From: Octopus sinensis
Taxonomy: Eukaryota
DNA: 64,000 nt
Direction of reading: 5' to 3'
Assembly: GCF_006345805.1 (NCBI RefSeq)
Contig: NC_042997.1
Span: 16,616,001 to 16,680,000, forward strand
The notes under the pieces: generated by a model
Databases searched by the model: none
What the model saw: only the letters and a program-made list of their open reading frames with translations
What the model was told of the DNA's origin: nothing
Program-made: the position numbers and the translations under genes
Shown here: positions 63,132 through 64,000 of the stretch, piece by piece
Layout of the letters: each line of letters starts with the position of its first letter
Numbering within the stretch: the stretch's first letter is position 1

Positions 63132-63179
63132 AGACCTGTATCACAGTGATTTCATACTTACGTATTCATCAGCAGGCCT
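63132..63179 (-). ncRNA. Minimal type I hammerhead ribozyme motif, intact
   Basis: Minus strand AGGCCUG-CUGAUGA-AUAC-GUAA-GUAU-GAAA-UCAC-U-GUGA-UA-CAGGUCU; full catalytic core and three stems. Confidence 0.85.
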
Positions 63180-63283
63180 GGATGTATCATACATAAACGA
63201 CCCTGCCTCGCTTAAGCCGATCAGCTAACTGATCAACATCAACGAAGCACATGGGTGAGTTTACATATATTACATCCTGTATG

Positions 63284-63319
<36 letters not shown>

Positions 63320-63326
63320 TATATAT

Positions 63327-63938
63327 CATCATCATCGTTTAACGTCCGCTTTCCATGCTAGCATGGGTTGGACGATTTGACTGAGGACTGGCAAACCAGA
63401 TGGCTGCATCAGGCTCCAATCTAATCTGGCAGAGTTTCTACAGCTTGATGCCCTTCCTAACGCCAACCACTCTGAAAGGGTACTTTTATGTGCCACCGGC
63501 ATGAGGGCCAGTCAGGTGGTACTGGCAACGGCCATGCTCAAATGGTGTTTTTTATGTGCCACCTGCACAGGAGCCAGTCCAGCAGCACTGGCAACAACCT
63601 CGCTCAAGTGTTTTTTCACGTGCCAGTAAGGTAACACTGGTAATGATCACGCTTGAATGGTGCTTTTTATGTACCACCAGCATGGAAGCCAGTTTGCTGC
63701 TCTGGCAACAATCACGTTCGGATGATGCTCTTAGCGCCCCACTAGCACGGATGCCAGTCATCGAATTTCATTTTGATTCCACTTGCCTCAACAGGTCTTT
63801 GCAAGCAGAGTTTAGTGTCCAATGAAGGAAAGGTACGAATAAGTGGGCTGGTTACGCCCCTGGCATAGGCCACGAGGTTATGGTCTCACTTGGCTTGCCG
63901 GGTCTTCTCAAGCACAGCATATTCCCAAAGGTCTCGGT
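63327..63938 (-). mobile_element. RTE 3' fragment retaining the last ORF codons (variant subfamily)
   Basis: Reverse complement of about 63885-63938 reads RDLWEYAVLEKTRQAK*, followed by a full 3' UTR to the (TGA)n tail. Confidence 0.87.
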
Positions 63939-64000
63939 GAGGCCTAATGTTCGAAACTGTGAATGCGCATGCGCGAAGGTGTAATGCGCATGTGCGAAAG

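Noticed and set aside
63939-64000. Short tandem aatgcgcatg(c/t)gcgaa(g/a)g repeat at the window edge
   Set aside because: Truncated by the window end; too little sequence to classify.

Overview
This is AT-rich, repeat-dense eukaryotic genomic DNA. The repeat content suggests an octopus or other coleoid cephalopod, but that is inference from pattern recognition. One protein-coding gene is present on the + strand: a JARID2/Jumonji orthologue (PRC2 cofactor). I reconstructed it by hand as 20 coding exons from 19216 to the stop at 54009. All junctions are GT-AG with matching phases, giving 4056 nt (1351 aa plus stop). The first coding exon was not found, so 1-19215 is probably intron 1. That stretch holds a near full-length RTE-clade LINE on the + strand (EN-RT ORF with a PHD-type finger inside the RT) and a 5'-truncated sister copy on the - strand. 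The two copies form a multi-kb inverted pair, and both have tandemly reiterated 3' UTRs. The rest is RTE 3'-end fragments, tRNA-derived SINEs, piggyBac-type MITEs, a mariner relic, a tRNA-Lys(CTT) pseudogene, and mini- and microsatellites. I cannot claim a wholly new system. The best leads are: (1) a structurally intact minimal type I hammerhead ribozyme at 63132-63179, plus three decayed hammerhead motifs, all antisense to the gene; (2) a genomic TAC (Tyr) at a conserved zinc-finger Cys of JARID2, which one A-to-I edit would restore to Cys; (3) the PHD finger embedded in the LINE RT; (4) a tRNA-Lys head abutting an RTE tail, a proto-SINE layout. No database searches or folding programs were run, and repeat boundaries are approximate.
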